The notes beneath the pieces were generated by a model. It did no database searches and had not been told where the DNA came from. It saw only the letters and a program-made list of their open reading frames with translations. Of a stretch of 55,958 bases of DNA, positions 26,357-36,574 are shown in pieces; position 1 is the first letter of the stretch, and the number at the start of each line of letters is the position of its first letter. Position numbers and translations under genes: made by a program. Source of the DNA: Eubacteriales bacterium (GTDB lineage Bacteria; Bacillota; Clostridia; Oscillospirales; CAG-272); contig JAZSLM010000044.1 in NCBI GenBank assembly GCA_045535375.1, forward strand, positions 1-55,958, written 5' to 3'.

Positions 26357-27079
26357 ATGGAAATATTCAGATTTGAAACTATAGATTCGACCTTCGTTGA
26401 AGCGGGCAGAAGGATGAACGAGCTATCCGACGGCGCGTATCTCTTCACCGCACGCGAACAGACAGCGGGCAGAGGACAGGGTACTCACAACTTCTATTCG
26501 CCCAAGGATAACGGCATTTATGCCACGCTGCTTCTTGTGGGCGAATATGCAGACGTTTGTATGCCGGCTTTTTCAGCCAAGCTCGGTCCCTTTGCAACGA
26601 CGACGATCACGAATGCCGTTCTCGATGCTTGCTCTGATTTCGATCAGCGCCTCGGCATAAAGTGGCTCAACGACCTCCAACTCGACGGCAAAAAATACGG
26701 AGGAGTCATCACAGCCGTCACCGTAAAGCAAGGCAAGCTTACGACGATCAGAATCGGATTCGGCATCAACACAGGATATGCCGATATGCCCGATGAGCTT
26801 CGCGGCAGAGTGACGACTCTCGGTCTTGATCCCGAGGATACCGAAAAGCTTATGATCGAGATCTCGGATAGACTCTGCAACCATCTTCCCGAAGTAAAGG
26901 AAGAGGAACTTTACAATGAATACGTCAGGTATTGCACCACGCCGGGCAGAAATATAATGCTTCCCGACGGCAGATGCGCCACGGCAATCAGCATTGCTTC
27001 GGATTTCTCACTTATCTACTCCGTCGAGGGCAAGCGCCCCGAATTTACCAATACGACAGCAGGTCTTATAATCCTCTGA
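26357..27079 (+). CDS. birA: biotin-protein ligase (no HTH domain)
   Basis: IDST, QTAGRG, F.SP, IKWLND, GKK.GG, IGFGIN. Confidence 0.85.
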   Translation: MEIFRFETIDSTFVEAGRRMNELSDGAYLFTAREQTAGRGQGTHNFYSPKDNGIYATLLLVGEYADVCMPAFSAKLGPFATTTITNAVLDACSDFDQRLGIKWLNDLQLDGKKYGGVITAVTVKQGKLTTIRIGFGINTGYADMPDELRGRVTTLGLDPEDTEKLMIEISDRLCNHLPEVKEEELYNEYVRYCTTPGRNIMLPDGRCATAISIASDFSLIYSVEGKRPEFTNTTAGLIIL

Positions 27080-27082
27080 TAT

Positions 27083-27107
27083 AAAAGGGAGCTTCGGCTC
27101 CCTTTTT
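27083..27107 (+). terminator. Rho-independent terminator
   Basis: AAAAGGGAGC-TTCG-GCTCCCTTTTT. Confidence 0.9.
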
Positions 27108-27136
27108 CACATCTGTATATTTTTATTCATATTATG
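27108..27136 (+). promoter_or_regulatory. putative sigma-K promoter of spoVF operon
   Basis: CACA-N16-CATATTAT fits the mACm-16-CATAnnnT consensus; spoVF is sigma-K dependent in Bacillus. Confidence 0.6.
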
Positions 27137-27167
27137 TAGTATAACCTTAATGATTGAGGATCTGGCT

Positions 27168-28067
27168 ATGGATAAAAATATAAAACTTGCCCTGCTCGGC
27201 GGAGATGCAAGGCAATGCTATCTTGCCCGTGAGCTTGCCGAGCGAGGATTTGAAACAGCCGTCTGGGGTCTTGGCGGTGAATATGATATAGGCAAAGCCG
27301 TCAAGTGCCGCGATGCGCGGAGCGCGATAGATTCAGCCTCCGCTGTTATTCTGCCGCTTCCGGCCTCGCTTGACGGAATAAGTGTAAACTGCGGCGATGC
27401 GGAGATTGATAAACTCAAATTACTTTCCCTGCTTGATTATTGCGAAGTGCCGATATTCGGCGGCAGACTCGGCGAGAGTTTCCGCCTTTCCGCGTCGGCA
27501 AGAAAAAAACGCGTTATTGATTATTTTGAATCCGAAACTCTGCAGATAAAAAACGCCACTCCGACGGCGGAGGGCGCTATATATCTTGCAATGCAGAATA
27601 TGAAAAAGACGATCGTCGGCTGCCGTGCCGCTGTTGTCGGTTACGGCAGGATCGGCAGAATGCTTGCCTGTATGCTTGGCAAAATGGGCGCATCCGTCAC
27701 AGTTGCCGCCAGAAATATGCGCCAGCTTGCTGAGGCCTCTTCGTTTGGAAACGAAACTGTACGCATTTCCCGGTCTTACGCCCTCGGCGGGCTCGGTCCA
27801 CTCTGCGACGAGGGCGCTTTCGACGTAATTTTCAACACGGTTCCCGCCCGTCTTTTTGATAAAGAGGTGATCGAAATGCTTCCAAAGGATATTCTGCTGA
27901 TCGACCTTGCTTCCGTTCCCGGCGGAGTTGATTTCGCAGCGGCAAAAGAGAGGGGAATAAACGCACTCTGGGCGCTCTCGCTCCCGGGAAAATACGCTCC
28001 CGAAAGTGCAGGAAAGATCATCGCCGATACGCTCGACGAGCTATTTGAAAGCGAGGGGATAACGTGA
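27168..28067 (+). CDS. spoVFA: dipicolinate synthase subunit A
   Basis: GGDARQ, NA.PTAEGA, GYGRIG, NTVP, IDLAS.PGGVDF, SLPGKYAP. Confidence 0.93.
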   Translation: MDKNIKLALLGGDARQCYLARELAERGFETAVWGLGGEYDIGKAVKCRDARSAIDSASAVILPLPASLDGISVNCGDAEIDKLKLLSLLDYCEVPIFGGRLGESFRLSASARKKRVIDYFESETLQIKNATPTAEGAIYLAMQNMKKTIVGCRAAVVGYGRIGRMLACMLGKMGASVTVAARNMRQLAEASSFGNETVRISRSYALGGLGPLCDEGAFDVIFNTVPARLFDKEVIEMLPKDILLIDLASVPGGVDFAAAKERGINALWALSLPGKYAPESAGKIIADTLDELFESEGIT

Positions 28068-28630
28068 AGATAGGTTTTGCTTTGTGCGGCTCATTTTGTA
28101 CCTTTGCGCCTGCCATTGAACAGCTTAATAAGCTTTCGGGTTCGGGACACGAAATGGTTCCGATAATGAGCTTTAACGCCTCGTCGATCGACACCAGATT
28201 TGGCGCCGCAAAAGAACATATCGAAAAAATCGAGAAGATCTGCGGAAGACCGGTGATAAAAACGATCGAGGATGCCGAACCTCTCGGTCCGAAGGAAAAG
28301 CTCGATATGCTTATCATTTGCCCTTGTACGGGAAATACCCTTGCAAAGCTCGCCCTTGGCGTGACCGATACTCCCGTAACCATGGCGGCAAAAGCTCATC
28401 TCCGCGGTGATCGACCGCTTTTGATCGCGCTCGCCACAAACGACGGACTTTCCGCAAATCTTTCGAATCTGAATGCGATGCAGAAGAGAAAGAGCGTATA
28501 TTTCGTTCCCATGAAACAGGATGATCCCGAAATGAAACCGCATTCGCTTGTCTGCGATTTCACGAAACTCGGCGATGCTTTTTATGCGGCTATCAGACGC
28601 GAACAACTCCGTCCGCTATTTCTGAATTAA
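28064..28630 (+). CDS. spoVFB: dipicolinate synthase subunit B
   Basis: GFALCGSFCT, DTRFG, PCTGNTLAKL, MAAKAHLR, QDDP..KP.SL. Confidence 0.96.
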   Translation: MKIGFALCGSFCTFAPAIEQLNKLSGSGHEMVPIMSFNASSIDTRFGAAKEHIEKIEKICGRPVIKTIEDAEPLGPKEKLDMLIICPCTGNTLAKLALGVTDTPVTMAAKAHLRGDRPLLIALATNDGLSANLSNLNAMQKRKSVYFVPMKQDDPEMKPHSLVCDFTKLGDAFYAAIRREQLRPLFLN

Positions 28631-28634
28631 TCCT

Positions 28635-28661
28635 ATCCTTCCCCTCGGGGAAGGATTTTTT
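28635..28661 (+). terminator. Rho-independent terminator
   Basis: ATCCTTCCC/GGGAAGGAT plus T run. Confidence 0.85.
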
Positions 28662-28752
28662 ATATAATCTATTGAATTTTATTCCTTATTGTGCTATAAT
28701 TATAATTGAAATAATATTGTTTGCGTATTTTTGCGCGAAAGTGAGGATAAAA

Positions 28753-30036
28753 ATGTCTGATTTCAAGATCGAAACAAAATGTATTCAGTCGGGTTACAAT
28801 CCCGGAAACGGTGAACCCCGCGTTCTCCCCATATACCAGAGCACTACCTATAAGTATTGCTCCTCCGAAGAGGTCGGCGACCTCTTTGATCTCAAGGCAG
28901 ACGGCCATATGTATTCCCGTATCTCCAACCCCACGGTTGCGGAGGTGGAGAAGAAGATCACCGACCTTGAGGGCGGTACCGGCGCGATCCTTACGTCTTC
29001 CGGTATGTCCGCTATCCTTCTTGCTGTTCTCAATATCGCCAAGGCAGGGCAGAACATCGTTTCTCTCGCGGCTATTTACGGCGGAACCGTTAACCTCTTC
29101 GCAGTAACTCTCAAGCGCTTCGGCATTGAGGTTCGTTTCGCAACTTCTTCTATGGGTGACGAGGAGATCGAGGCTCTTATTGACGAAAACACCCGTATGC
29201 TTTTCGGCGAGACCATCGCAAATCCCGCGCTCGACGTTCTTGACTTCGACCGCTTTGCAGCTCTCGCTCATAAGAACGGCATTCCCTTCGTTGTAGATAA
29301 TACCTTCCCGACCCCCATCCTCTGCCGTCCCTTCGAGCACGGATGTGATATCGTTATTCACTCCACCACCAAGTATATGGACGGTCACGCAACCGTTGTC
29401 GGCGGATGCGTAGTTGACGGCGGTAAGTTCGATTGGTCAGCAGATCCCGAAAAGTGGCCCGAGCTCAACGATCCCGATCCCTCCTATCACGGCGTTGCTT
29501 ACGTCAAGCAGTTCGGCAATGACGTCGCATACATAACCAAGGCACGCGTTCAGCTCGTCCGCGATATGGGTATCCCCATGACCGCAATGAGCGCGTTCCT
29601 CCTCAACCTCGGTCTTGAGACCCTCCACCTCCGTATGGAAAGACATTGCTCGAATGCTCTTGCGGTTTCGAAATATCTTGCCGCACACGAGAAGGTCGAG
29701 AGCGTTTCCTATCCCGGTCTTGAGGGTGACAAACAGTACGAGCTCGCGCAGAAGTATCTCCCCCTCGGATACGCAGGCGTAATCTCCTTCGTTATCAAGG
29801 GCGGACGCGACGCAGCCGTTAAGTTTATGGATTCGCTCAAGCTTGCCGCAATCGTAGTTCACGTTGCAGACTCGCGCACCAGCGTCCTCAATCCCGCATC
29901 CACCACTCACCGCCAGCCCACCGACGAACAGCTTGCAGCCGCAGGAATCCCCGCAGGTCTTGTCAGACTTTCCGTAGGAACCGAGCATATCGACGATATC
30001 ATCGCCGACATCGAGCAGGCACTTAAGAACGCTTAA
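28753..30036 (+). CDS. metY: O-acetylhomoserine aminocarboxypropyltransferase (sulfhydrylase)
   Basis: PIYQSTT, YSRISNPT, ETIANP, DNTF, HSTTKY, GLETL.LRM.RH, PASTTHRQ. Confidence 0.93.
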   Translation: MSDFKIETKCIQSGYNPGNGEPRVLPIYQSTTYKYCSSEEVGDLFDLKADGHMYSRISNPTVAEVEKKITDLEGGTGAILTSSGMSAILLAVLNIAKAGQNIVSLAAIYGGTVNLFAVTLKRFGIEVRFATSSMGDEEIEALIDENTRMLFGETIANPALDVLDFDRFAALAHKNGIPFVVDNTFPTPILCRPFEHGCDIVIHSTTKYMDGHATVVGGCVVDGGKFDWSADPEKWPELNDPDPSYHGVAYVKQFGNDVAYITKARVQLVRDMGIPMTAMSAFLLNLGLETLHLRMERHCSNALAVSKYLAAHEKVESVSYPGLEGDKQYELAQKYLPLGYAGVISFVIKGGRDAAVKFMDSLKLAAIVVHVADSRTSVLNPASTTHRQPTDEQLAAAGIPAGLVRLSVGTEHIDDIIADIEQALKNA

Positions 30037-30052
30037 TTTTCAGGAGTAAAAT

Positions 30053-30970
30053 ATGCCTATCAAAATTCCCAATCTTCTCCCCGCGACACAGACTCTGCTT
30101 GACGAAAATATCTTCGTTATGACCGAGACCCGCGCGATCACGCAGGATATCAGACCTCTGCATATCCTCATGCTCAATCTGATGCCGCAGAAGATCACCA
30201 CTGAAACCCAGATCGCCCGTCTTATCGGCAACACGCCTCTTCAGGTCGAACTCGAACTTCTGCAGACCGCAACTCACAAGGCGACCCACACCTCCGCCGA
30301 GCATATGCTTGCGTTCTATAAGACCTTCGACGAGGTCAAACATAAAAAATACGACGGAATGATCATCACAGGCGCACCCGTCGAGCAGATGCCTTTCGAG
30401 GAAGTTACATACTGGGACGAGCTCTGCGAGATCATGGAATGGTCGAAGACGAACGTTACGTCAACCTTCCATATCTGTTGGGGCGCACAGGCGGGACTTT
30501 ACTACCATTACGGAATCAAGAAATATCCGCTCGACGCAAAGCTTTTCGGCGTTTTCGAGCATACCGTAGACCGCCGTTCCTCGATGCTTTTCAGAGGCTT
30601 TGACGATAAATTCTTCGTTCCTCATTCGCGCCACACCACCGTGCGCATCGAGGACGTTGAGGCTTGCCCCGAGCTCAAGATCCTTTCGACCTCGCCCGTT
30701 GCGGGACTTTATGCCTGCGCAACCGACCGCGGCAGACAGATTTTCATCACGGGTCATTCGGAATACGATGCCGGCACGCTCAAAGCCGAGTATCTCCGCG
30801 ACAAAAACGCGGGACTGCCCATCGAGATACCCGTAAACTACTTCCCGAACGATGACGATACCCTTGAGCCCATCGTAACATGGAGAAGCTGCGCAAATCT
30901 GCTTTATTCCAACTGGCTCAACTATTTCGTATATCAGACCACGCCCTACGACAGAGAACAGATCAACTGA
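30053..30970 (+). CDS. metA: homoserine O-acetyltransferase (MetA family)
   Basis: QDIRPL, LNLMP, TGAPVE (Glu indicates acetyl-CoA preference), ICWGAQA, PHSR, GHSEYD. Confidence 0.95.
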   Translation: MPIKIPNLLPATQTLLDENIFVMTETRAITQDIRPLHILMLNLMPQKITTETQIARLIGNTPLQVELELLQTATHKATHTSAEHMLAFYKTFDEVKHKKYDGMIITGAPVEQMPFEEVTYWDELCEIMEWSKTNVTSTFHICWGAQAGLYYHYGIKKYPLDAKLFGVFEHTVDRRSSMLFRGFDDKFFVPHSRHTTVRIEDVEACPELKILSTSPVAGLYACATDRGRQIFITGHSEYDAGTLKAEYLRDKNAGLPIEIPVNYFPNDDDTLEPIVTWRSCANLLYSNWLNYFVYQTTPYDREQIN

Positions 30971-30983
30971 AAGGAGAGCTAAG

Positions 30984-31787
30984 ATGAAACTTGCATCCGA
31001 TTTCAGAGCGTCCGCCCGCGAAGCCCTCAAGGGCAAATGGGGACTTGCGGTTATCACGGGTATTGTTGCGAGCATCCTCGGTGCTTCGATGCACGGAGGA
31101 AGCGGCGTTAGCTTTGATTTCAATTTTTCCGGCATTAATAATCCCGAGATAGAAACAGATATCGGTTTTCCTTCCCTTGGCGGGGCAGACAGTTTCGAGG
31201 AGATCTACTTGGGAATAGATCCCGCATTCTGGGCAATTATGGGAACGGTTCTTGCTGTTGTGTTTGCGATAGGATTTGTTTTCGGAATCGCGTTCTTCAT
31301 TCTCGGCAGTATAGTTTCTCCCGGATATGCAAAATTCAACCTCAATCTTATTGACGGTGAAAACGCAGATCTCAACGATCTTTTCGGTTATTTCAAGTAT
31401 TGGAAAAGCGTTGTTCTTGCCAACCTCCTCCGTTCGGTCTACATATTCCTCTGGAGCCTGCTTTGCTTCATTCCGGGAATTATCGCGTCTTATTCTTACG
31501 CTATGGTACCCTACATTATGGCTGACAATCCCGAGCTTACCGCCCGCGAAGCCTGCGAGAGATCAAAGCAGATGATGGACGGAAACCGTATTCGTCTTTT
31601 CTGCCTGACCTTCAGCTTCATCGGTTGGTCTTTCCTCTGTGCATTCACTTGCGGAATAGGAAATATCGTGCTTACACCCTATATCGAAGCATCGGTTGCT
31701 GATTTCTACCGCGAGATCTCGGATACCAGAAAGATTCCCGAACCCGACGACAGCATTCCCGTTTATATCCCCGATTCTCAGTTTTAA
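30984..31787 (+). CDS. DUF975 family membrane protein
   Basis: ARE.LKGKW, LWSLL..IPGII.SYSY.M.PYI, S..MM.G....LF.L..SFIGW. Confidence 0.9.
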   Translation: MKLASDFRASAREALKGKWGLAVITGIVASILGASMHGGSGVSFDFNFSGINNPEIETDIGFPSLGGADSFEEIYLGIDPAFWAIMGTVLAVVFAIGFVFGIAFFILGSIVSPGYAKFNLNLIDGENADLNDLFGYFKYWKSVVLANLLRSVYIFLWSLLCFIPGIIASYSYAMVPYIMADNPELTAREACERSKQMMDGNRIRLFCLTFSFIGWSFLCAFTCGIGNIVLTPYIEASVADFYREISDTRKIPEPDDSIPVYIPDSQF

Positions 31788-31794
31788 TATTTAT

Positions 31795-31822
31795 AAGGCT
31801 CGCCGGACGGTGAGCCTTTTTT
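31795..31822. terminator. bidirectional terminator
   Basis: AAGGCTCGCC/GGTGAGCCTT plus T run. Confidence 0.8.
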
Positions 31823-32330
31823 AAGGCAAAAGAAAAATTCTTCGTCTTATTTGATCGCAGAATAGAAAAAGCGGCAGCAAGGTAAGATAATGATATATGA
31901 AAAGCGCGGGCAGTTCGGTTGCATAGACTTCGTGAATTGGCGGAAAAGCGGAGAACAGCCCAAAAACAAAAACGTAAACGCACCCCGCAAGCGCCGCAAA
32001 CGCTGTTTTCAGCACAAGAGGAAACCTTCGGTAGAAAATGTTTTTTTCGAAATAATAGATCAGAAGAGAAAAGGTCACCGAAAAGGCGATCTGATAAATC
32101 AAGTTTGATTTCAAAATCGCATCGGGGATCCACGAGTGCAAGGGTGCGTGAAAAAACGGATAGGTAAATGGGTAGAGCGTATCCGAAACGAATACGCAGA
32201 GTCTTACGAATGCAACGGCAATAACGGTATGGAAAACACCTCCCAAAGTTGCGGCGGTCAGCGCCTCTCCCCATCTTGTCGAAAGGAAAAGCTTGATGGG
32301 CGATTCTTCCCTCGGCTTTATATACGGCAT
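31821..32330 (-). CDS. hypothetical membrane protein
   Basis: GGAGG RBS before ATG 32330, four hydrophobic segments. Confidence 0.65.
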   Translation of the reverse strand: MPYIKPREESPIKLFLSTRWGEALTAATLGGVFHTVIAVAFVRLCVFVSDTLYPFTYPFFHAPLHSWIPDAILKSNLIYQIAFSVTFSLLIYYFEKNIFYRRFPLVLKTAFAALAGCVYVFVFGLFSAFPPIHEVYATELPALFIYHYLTLLPLFLFCDQIRRRIFLLP

Positions 32331-32454
32331 TTTGAGCCTCCTTAAATAATTTATAGTAATTATTGACATTCAGTGCTCAAAAAATGCGATTTTCCTATTG
32401 AAAAATCAATAATAATTTGATATAATAATATAATGTATAACTATGGAGGTGCGC

Positions 32455-33609
32455 ATGAAGATCTTATTTGAAAACTGTAAGGTGTTTGATAGCTCAAACA
32501 GAATATTCAAAACGAGGTCGATCCTCGTTTCCGACGGAGTGATCCTCGATCTTTTGCGTCACACCGACAGCAGACCCGAGGTTGATTCGGTGATCGACTG
32601 TGGCGGAAGACAAGTCATCCCCGGTCTTATTGATATCCACACCCACGGCAGAGTGGGCGGAGATTTCAACACCGCGGATGCCAATGATATGCGAAATATG
32701 GCAAAGTCCTATTCCGAATACGGAGTAACCTCAGTATTCCCGACTCTTGCGTCTGCGGAGTTTGAAAGCCTTTGCAGTCAGGCTGAACTTATCGACAATC
32801 TCAAGGGTGATACCGACGGAGCTGAATTCCTCGGTGTTCATCTCGAAGGCAGATATCTCAATCCGACAAAGGGCGGTGCTCATAATCCCGATCTGCTCGT
32901 GCTTCCCAATGCATCGGAGATCGAGGAGTTTGCGGGATATTCGAAGCTTCCTTTGCGTGTCAGCGCGGCGTTTGAGCTGACCGGCGGAGATGCTTTTGCG
33001 GAAAAAGCAAAAGAACTCGGTGCAACACTTTCGCTTGCTCATACGGCGGCAACATATAAAGAGGCAAAAGAGATTTACGGCAAGCATAAGGTGGCTTTTA
33101 CACATCTTTATAACTGCATGCCCCCCATCCATCACCGCGACGGCGGAACGGTCCTTGCCGCGCTCGAATCGGGCGGCTTCTGCGAACTGATCTGCGACGG
33201 ACATCACATCTCGCCCGAAATGGTTGCGTTCACATATCGTATGATCGGTATGGACAGACTTGTTCTCATCAGCGATTCTATGGAAGCAACCGCTCTTTCA
33301 GATGGAGAATACAGCATTGCGGGACTCCCCGTTTACGTCAAAGACGGCGTTGCGCGCACCGAGGGCGGAAATCTTGCGGGAAGCACACTCTCTCTTGTTC
33401 ACGGAGTTGAAAATCTCGCAAAATTCGCCAATATCCCGATCGAGGATGCCCTCATATGTGCTACGCTCACTCCCGCACGCGCCGTGGGGCTCGAAAACAA
33501 GGTTGGCAAACTTGCCGTTGGTAACCGCGCCGATTTTATTATCGGTTCCATCAGCGGAAAGCACATCGAGATCGAGCAGGTCTTCGTTGGCGGCGAAGAA
33601 ATAATCTAA
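32455..33609 (+). CDS. nagA: N-acetylglucosamine-6-phosphate deacetylase
   Basis: PGLIDIHTHG, GVHLEG, KGGAH, THLYN.M, ICDG.H, LISD, LAGS. Confidence 0.95.
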   Translation: MKILFENCKVFDSSNRIFKTRSILVSDGVILDLLRHTDSRPEVDSVIDCGGRQVIPGLIDIHTHGRVGGDFNTADANDMRNMAKSYSEYGVTSVFPTLASAEFESLCSQAELIDNLKGDTDGAEFLGVHLEGRYLNPTKGGAHNPDLLVLPNASEIEEFAGYSKLPLRVSAAFELTGGDAFAEKAKELGATLSLAHTAATYKEAKEIYGKHKVAFTHLYNCMPPIHHRDGGTVLAALESGGFCELICDGHHISPEMVAFTYRMIGMDRLVLISDSMEATALSDGEYSIAGLPVYVKDGVARTEGGNLAGSTLSLVHGVENLAKFANIPIEDALICATLTPARAVGLENKVGKLAVGNRADFIIGSISGKHIEIEQVFVGGEEII

Positions 33610-33643
33610 TTACGAAAACATAACGAAAGGACGGTCAAAAGAA

Positions 33644-35596
33644 ATGACTAAACCTAAGTATTATATAACAACAGCAATCGCGTATGCTTCGGCAAAGCCC
33701 CATATCGGCAACACCTACGAGGCTATCGCGACCGACGCCATCGCCCGCTACAAGAGAGCGAAGGGTTATGACGTCTTCTTCTGCACGGGTACCGACGAAC
33801 ACGGTCAGAAGATCGAAAACTGCGCGGCAGCCGCAGGCATCGCCCCCCAGGCGTACGTTGACAACGTCGCAGGAATCATCAAGGATATGTGGGATAAGAT
33901 GAACGTCAGCTACGACTACTTCATCCGCACCACCGACGATTACCACGTAAAGACGATCCAGAAGATCTTCGAGCGCTTCCTCCGCCAGGGCGATATCTAT
34001 AAGGGATATTACGAAGGCTGGTATTGCACCCCCTGCGAGTCCTTCTTTACCGACACTCAGGTAACGGACGGCAAGTGCCCCGATTGCGGCAGACCCGTCA
34101 AGCAGGCAAGAGAAGAGGCTTACTTCTTCAATATGCAGAAATATGCGCCCAGACTCATCGAGTATTTTGAGACCCATCCCGGTTTCCTCGAGCCCGAGGC
34201 AAGAAAGAAGGAGATGCTCAACAACTTCCTCCTTTCGGGACTCCAGGACCTCTGCGTTTCCCGTACATCCTTCACTTGGGGTATCCAGGTTCCCTCGGAT
34301 CCCAAGCACGTCGTTTACGTTTGGCTCGATGCGCTTGTAAACTATATCACAGCTATCGGTTACGATCCCGATAAGTCCTTCGAGGAACAATCCGAGCAGT
34401 TCAAGAAGCTCTGGCCCGCGGACGTACACATGATCGGTAAGGATATCGTAAGATTCCACTCGATCTACTGGCCCATCTTCCTTATGGCGCTTGATCTTCC
34501 TCTCCCCGAAAAGATCTTCGGTCATCCTTGGTTCAACTTCGGCGCAGATAAGATGTCCAAGTCCCGCGGCAACGTGATCTATGCCGACAAGCTTTCCGAG
34601 TACGTTGGCGTTGACGGAGTCCGTTATTATGCTCTCGCCGAAATGCCCTTCGCATCCGACGGTTCGATCACCTGGGACAGCGTCCTCGCACGATATAACA
34701 CCGATCTCGTAAATACTCTCGGCAACCTTGTCAAGAGAACTCTTGATATGCAGAAGAAGTATTTCGATAAGAAGATCGAGGCTCCCTCGGCTCCCGAAGC
34801 ACTTGACGACGAGTTCAAGTCGGTCTGCGCAGAGGCTGTAAAGACCTATTACGAAGCTATGGACAGCTACCACATTGCTGACGGTATCGACGCGATCCTC
34901 GCGCTCCTTCGCCGTGCTAACAAGTACATCGACGAAACTCAGCCTTGGGTCCTCGCAAAGAACGAGGAAAGCCGCGCGCGTCTTGCAACCGTTCTTTATA
35001 ATCTTCTTGAATCCATTCGTTGGGGCGCTGTAATGCTTGCTCCCATGATCCCCGCAACTGCAGAGACTATCTTCGCACAGCTCGGAACCGGCAACACCTC
35101 CTTCGATAGCATCGGCGGCGAGTTTAACGGTACCGAGGCAGGTGCATCCGTCAACGATTCCGCAGTTCTCTTTGCAAGAATCGACGAGGCAAAGACCCTT
35201 GAGACGATCTACGCCGAGATCGAAGCCGCAAGAAAGGCTGCCGAGGCTCCCAAGATCGAAAAGCCCGAGGGCTGCGCTATCATCGGCTTTGAGGATTTCA
35301 TGAAGGTCGAACTCCGCACCGCGCAGATCATCGAGTGCGAGCCCGTTCCGAAGGCAAAGAAGCTGCTGAAGCTCAAGGTAGACCTCGGCTATGAGCAGAG
35401 ACAGGTCGTTTCGGGTATCGCTAAATTCTACAAGCCCGAGGATCTTATCGGAAAGAAGATCATCCTCGTTGCAAACCTTGCACCCGCGAAGCTTTGCGGT
35501 GTTGAGTCCGAAGGTATGCTTCTCGCGTCCGGTGAGGAGGAAGTAAGGGTTATCTTCCTTGATCCCGCCACACCTCTCGGAGAGCGTGTTCGCTGA
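33644..35596 (+). CDS. metG: methionine--tRNA ligase
   Basis: PHIGN, GTDEHGQK, CxxC..CxxC knuckle, YVWLDAL, KMSKS, C-terminal tRNA-binding domain. Confidence 0.98.
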   Translation: MTKPKYYITTAIAYASAKPHIGNTYEAIATDAIARYKRAKGYDVFFCTGTDEHGQKIENCAAAAGIAPQAYVDNVAGIIKDMWDKMNVSYDYFIRTTDDYHVKTIQKIFERFLRQGDIYKGYYEGWYCTPCESFFTDTQVTDGKCPDCGRPVKQAREEAYFFNMQKYAPRLIEYFETHPGFLEPEARKKEMLNNFLLSGLQDLCVSRTSFTWGIQVPSDPKHVVYVWLDALVNYITAIGYDPDKSFEEQSEQFKKLWPADVHMIGKDIVRFHSIYWPIFLMALDLPLPEKIFGHPWFNFGADKMSKSRGNVIYADKLSEYVGVDGVRYYALAEMPFASDGSITWDSVLARYNTDLVNTLGNLVKRTLDMQKKYFDKKIEAPSAPEALDDEFKSVCAEAVKTYYEAMDSYHIADGIDAILALLRRANKYIDETQPWVLAKNEESRARLATVLYNLLESIRWGAVMLAPMIPATAETIFAQLGTGNTSFDSIGGEFNGTEAGASVNDSAVLFARIDEAKTLETIYAEIEAARKAAEAPKIEKPEGCAIIGFEDFMKVELRTAQIIECEPVPKAKKLLKLKVDLGYEQRQVVSGIAKFYKPEDLIGKKIILVANLAPAKLCGVESEGMLLASGEEEVRVIFLDPATPLGERVR

Positions 35597-36390
35597 TGAG
35601 CGGCATTTTCGATACACACGCCCACTATACTGACAAAAGATTTGAAAACGAATTTGAGGGCGGCGCTTCGGCGCTGCTCTCTGCCGTTTTCGCAAACGGT
35701 GTTGAAAAAATTATAAACGTGGGCACCAACACCGCAAACAGCTTCGAGGTCATAAAAATGGCTTCCGGCTACGACGGAATGTACGCCGCGGTAGGCATCC
35801 ATCCCTCAGACGTTGACGAGGAAGAGTCACTTGAGGACGCTATGGCAAAGCTTCGCGCGTTGCTTGATAAGAGGGAAGAGTACAAGATCGTGGCTCTCGG
35901 CGAGATCGGACTTGACTACCATTGGCGTCAGGATAATAAGGAAAAACAGGCAGAGTATCTTGAAGCTCAGCTGCTCCTTGCCGAGGAATACGATATCCCC
36001 GTCATAATCCACGACCGAGAAGCGCACGGCGATATTTTCGAAGCCGTGGTACTGCGCCACCCCAAAGTGCGCGGTGTTTTCCATTGCTATTCGGGAAGCG
36101 CGGAGATGGCAAAGGATCTTGTCAGACGAGGCTGGTATATTTCTTTCACGGGAGTTATTACCTATAAGAATGCCCCAATAGTCCAGGCATCTGCAAAGGC
36201 CGTGCCTCTCGACCGTATGCTGGTCGAAACAGATGCGCCATATCTCGCACCGATCCCTTACCGCAGTAAGATCAACAGAAGCGATTACATCGAGTATACG
36301 ATACGCAAAATTTCCGAGCTTCTCGGCGTAACGGAAGAAGAGATCCGTACCAGAACCAACGAAAATGCGTGTAAATTATTCTCAATATAA
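35596..36390 (+). CDS. tatD: TatD family hydrolase
   Basis: DTHAH, GIHP, GEIGLDY, IHDREA, HCYSG, ETDAPY. Confidence 0.95.
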   Translation: MSGIFDTHAHYTDKRFENEFEGGASALLSAVFANGVEKIINVGTNTANSFEVIKMASGYDGMYAAVGIHPSDVDEEESLEDAMAKLRALLDKREEYKIVALGEIGLDYHWRQDNKEKQAEYLEAQLLLAEEYDIPVIIHDREAHGDIFEAVVLRHPKVRGVFHCYSGSAEMAKDLVRRGWYISFTGVITYKNAPIVQASAKAVPLDRMLVETDAPYLAPIPYRSKINRSDYIEYTIRKISELLGVTEEEIRTRTNENACKLFSI

Positions 36391-36452
36391 TAAAAAAACC
36401 ATAAAAAATTCAAATTATTATGAAAAAATCGTCAAAAACGACGAAAAAGTAC

Positions 36453-36481
36453 TTGAAATTATCAGAGATTTGTTGTATAAT
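36453..36481 (+). promoter_or_regulatory. sigma-A promoter of EF-G paralogue
   Basis: TTGAAA-17-TATAAT. Confidence 0.75.
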
Positions 36482-36574
36482 AAACATTGGGCGTGCAAAA
36501 ATACCGCCTATTAAACAGTAAAAATAAAAAACATAAATGCCCCGTCCGCGGATGGGGCGAGGAAGGAACCCCCT

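Noticed and set aside
28661-28752. Possible SAM riboswitch or T-box upstream of metY-metA
   Set aside because: The intergenic region is short and AT-rich, without S-box or T-box motifs.
29911-29921. Pro where Leu is usual in MetY (HRQPT), with a similar case in the response regulator (KYEPK, near 45007)
   Set aside because: Single T>C differences that could be strain variants or consensus errors; no evidence of editing or recoding.
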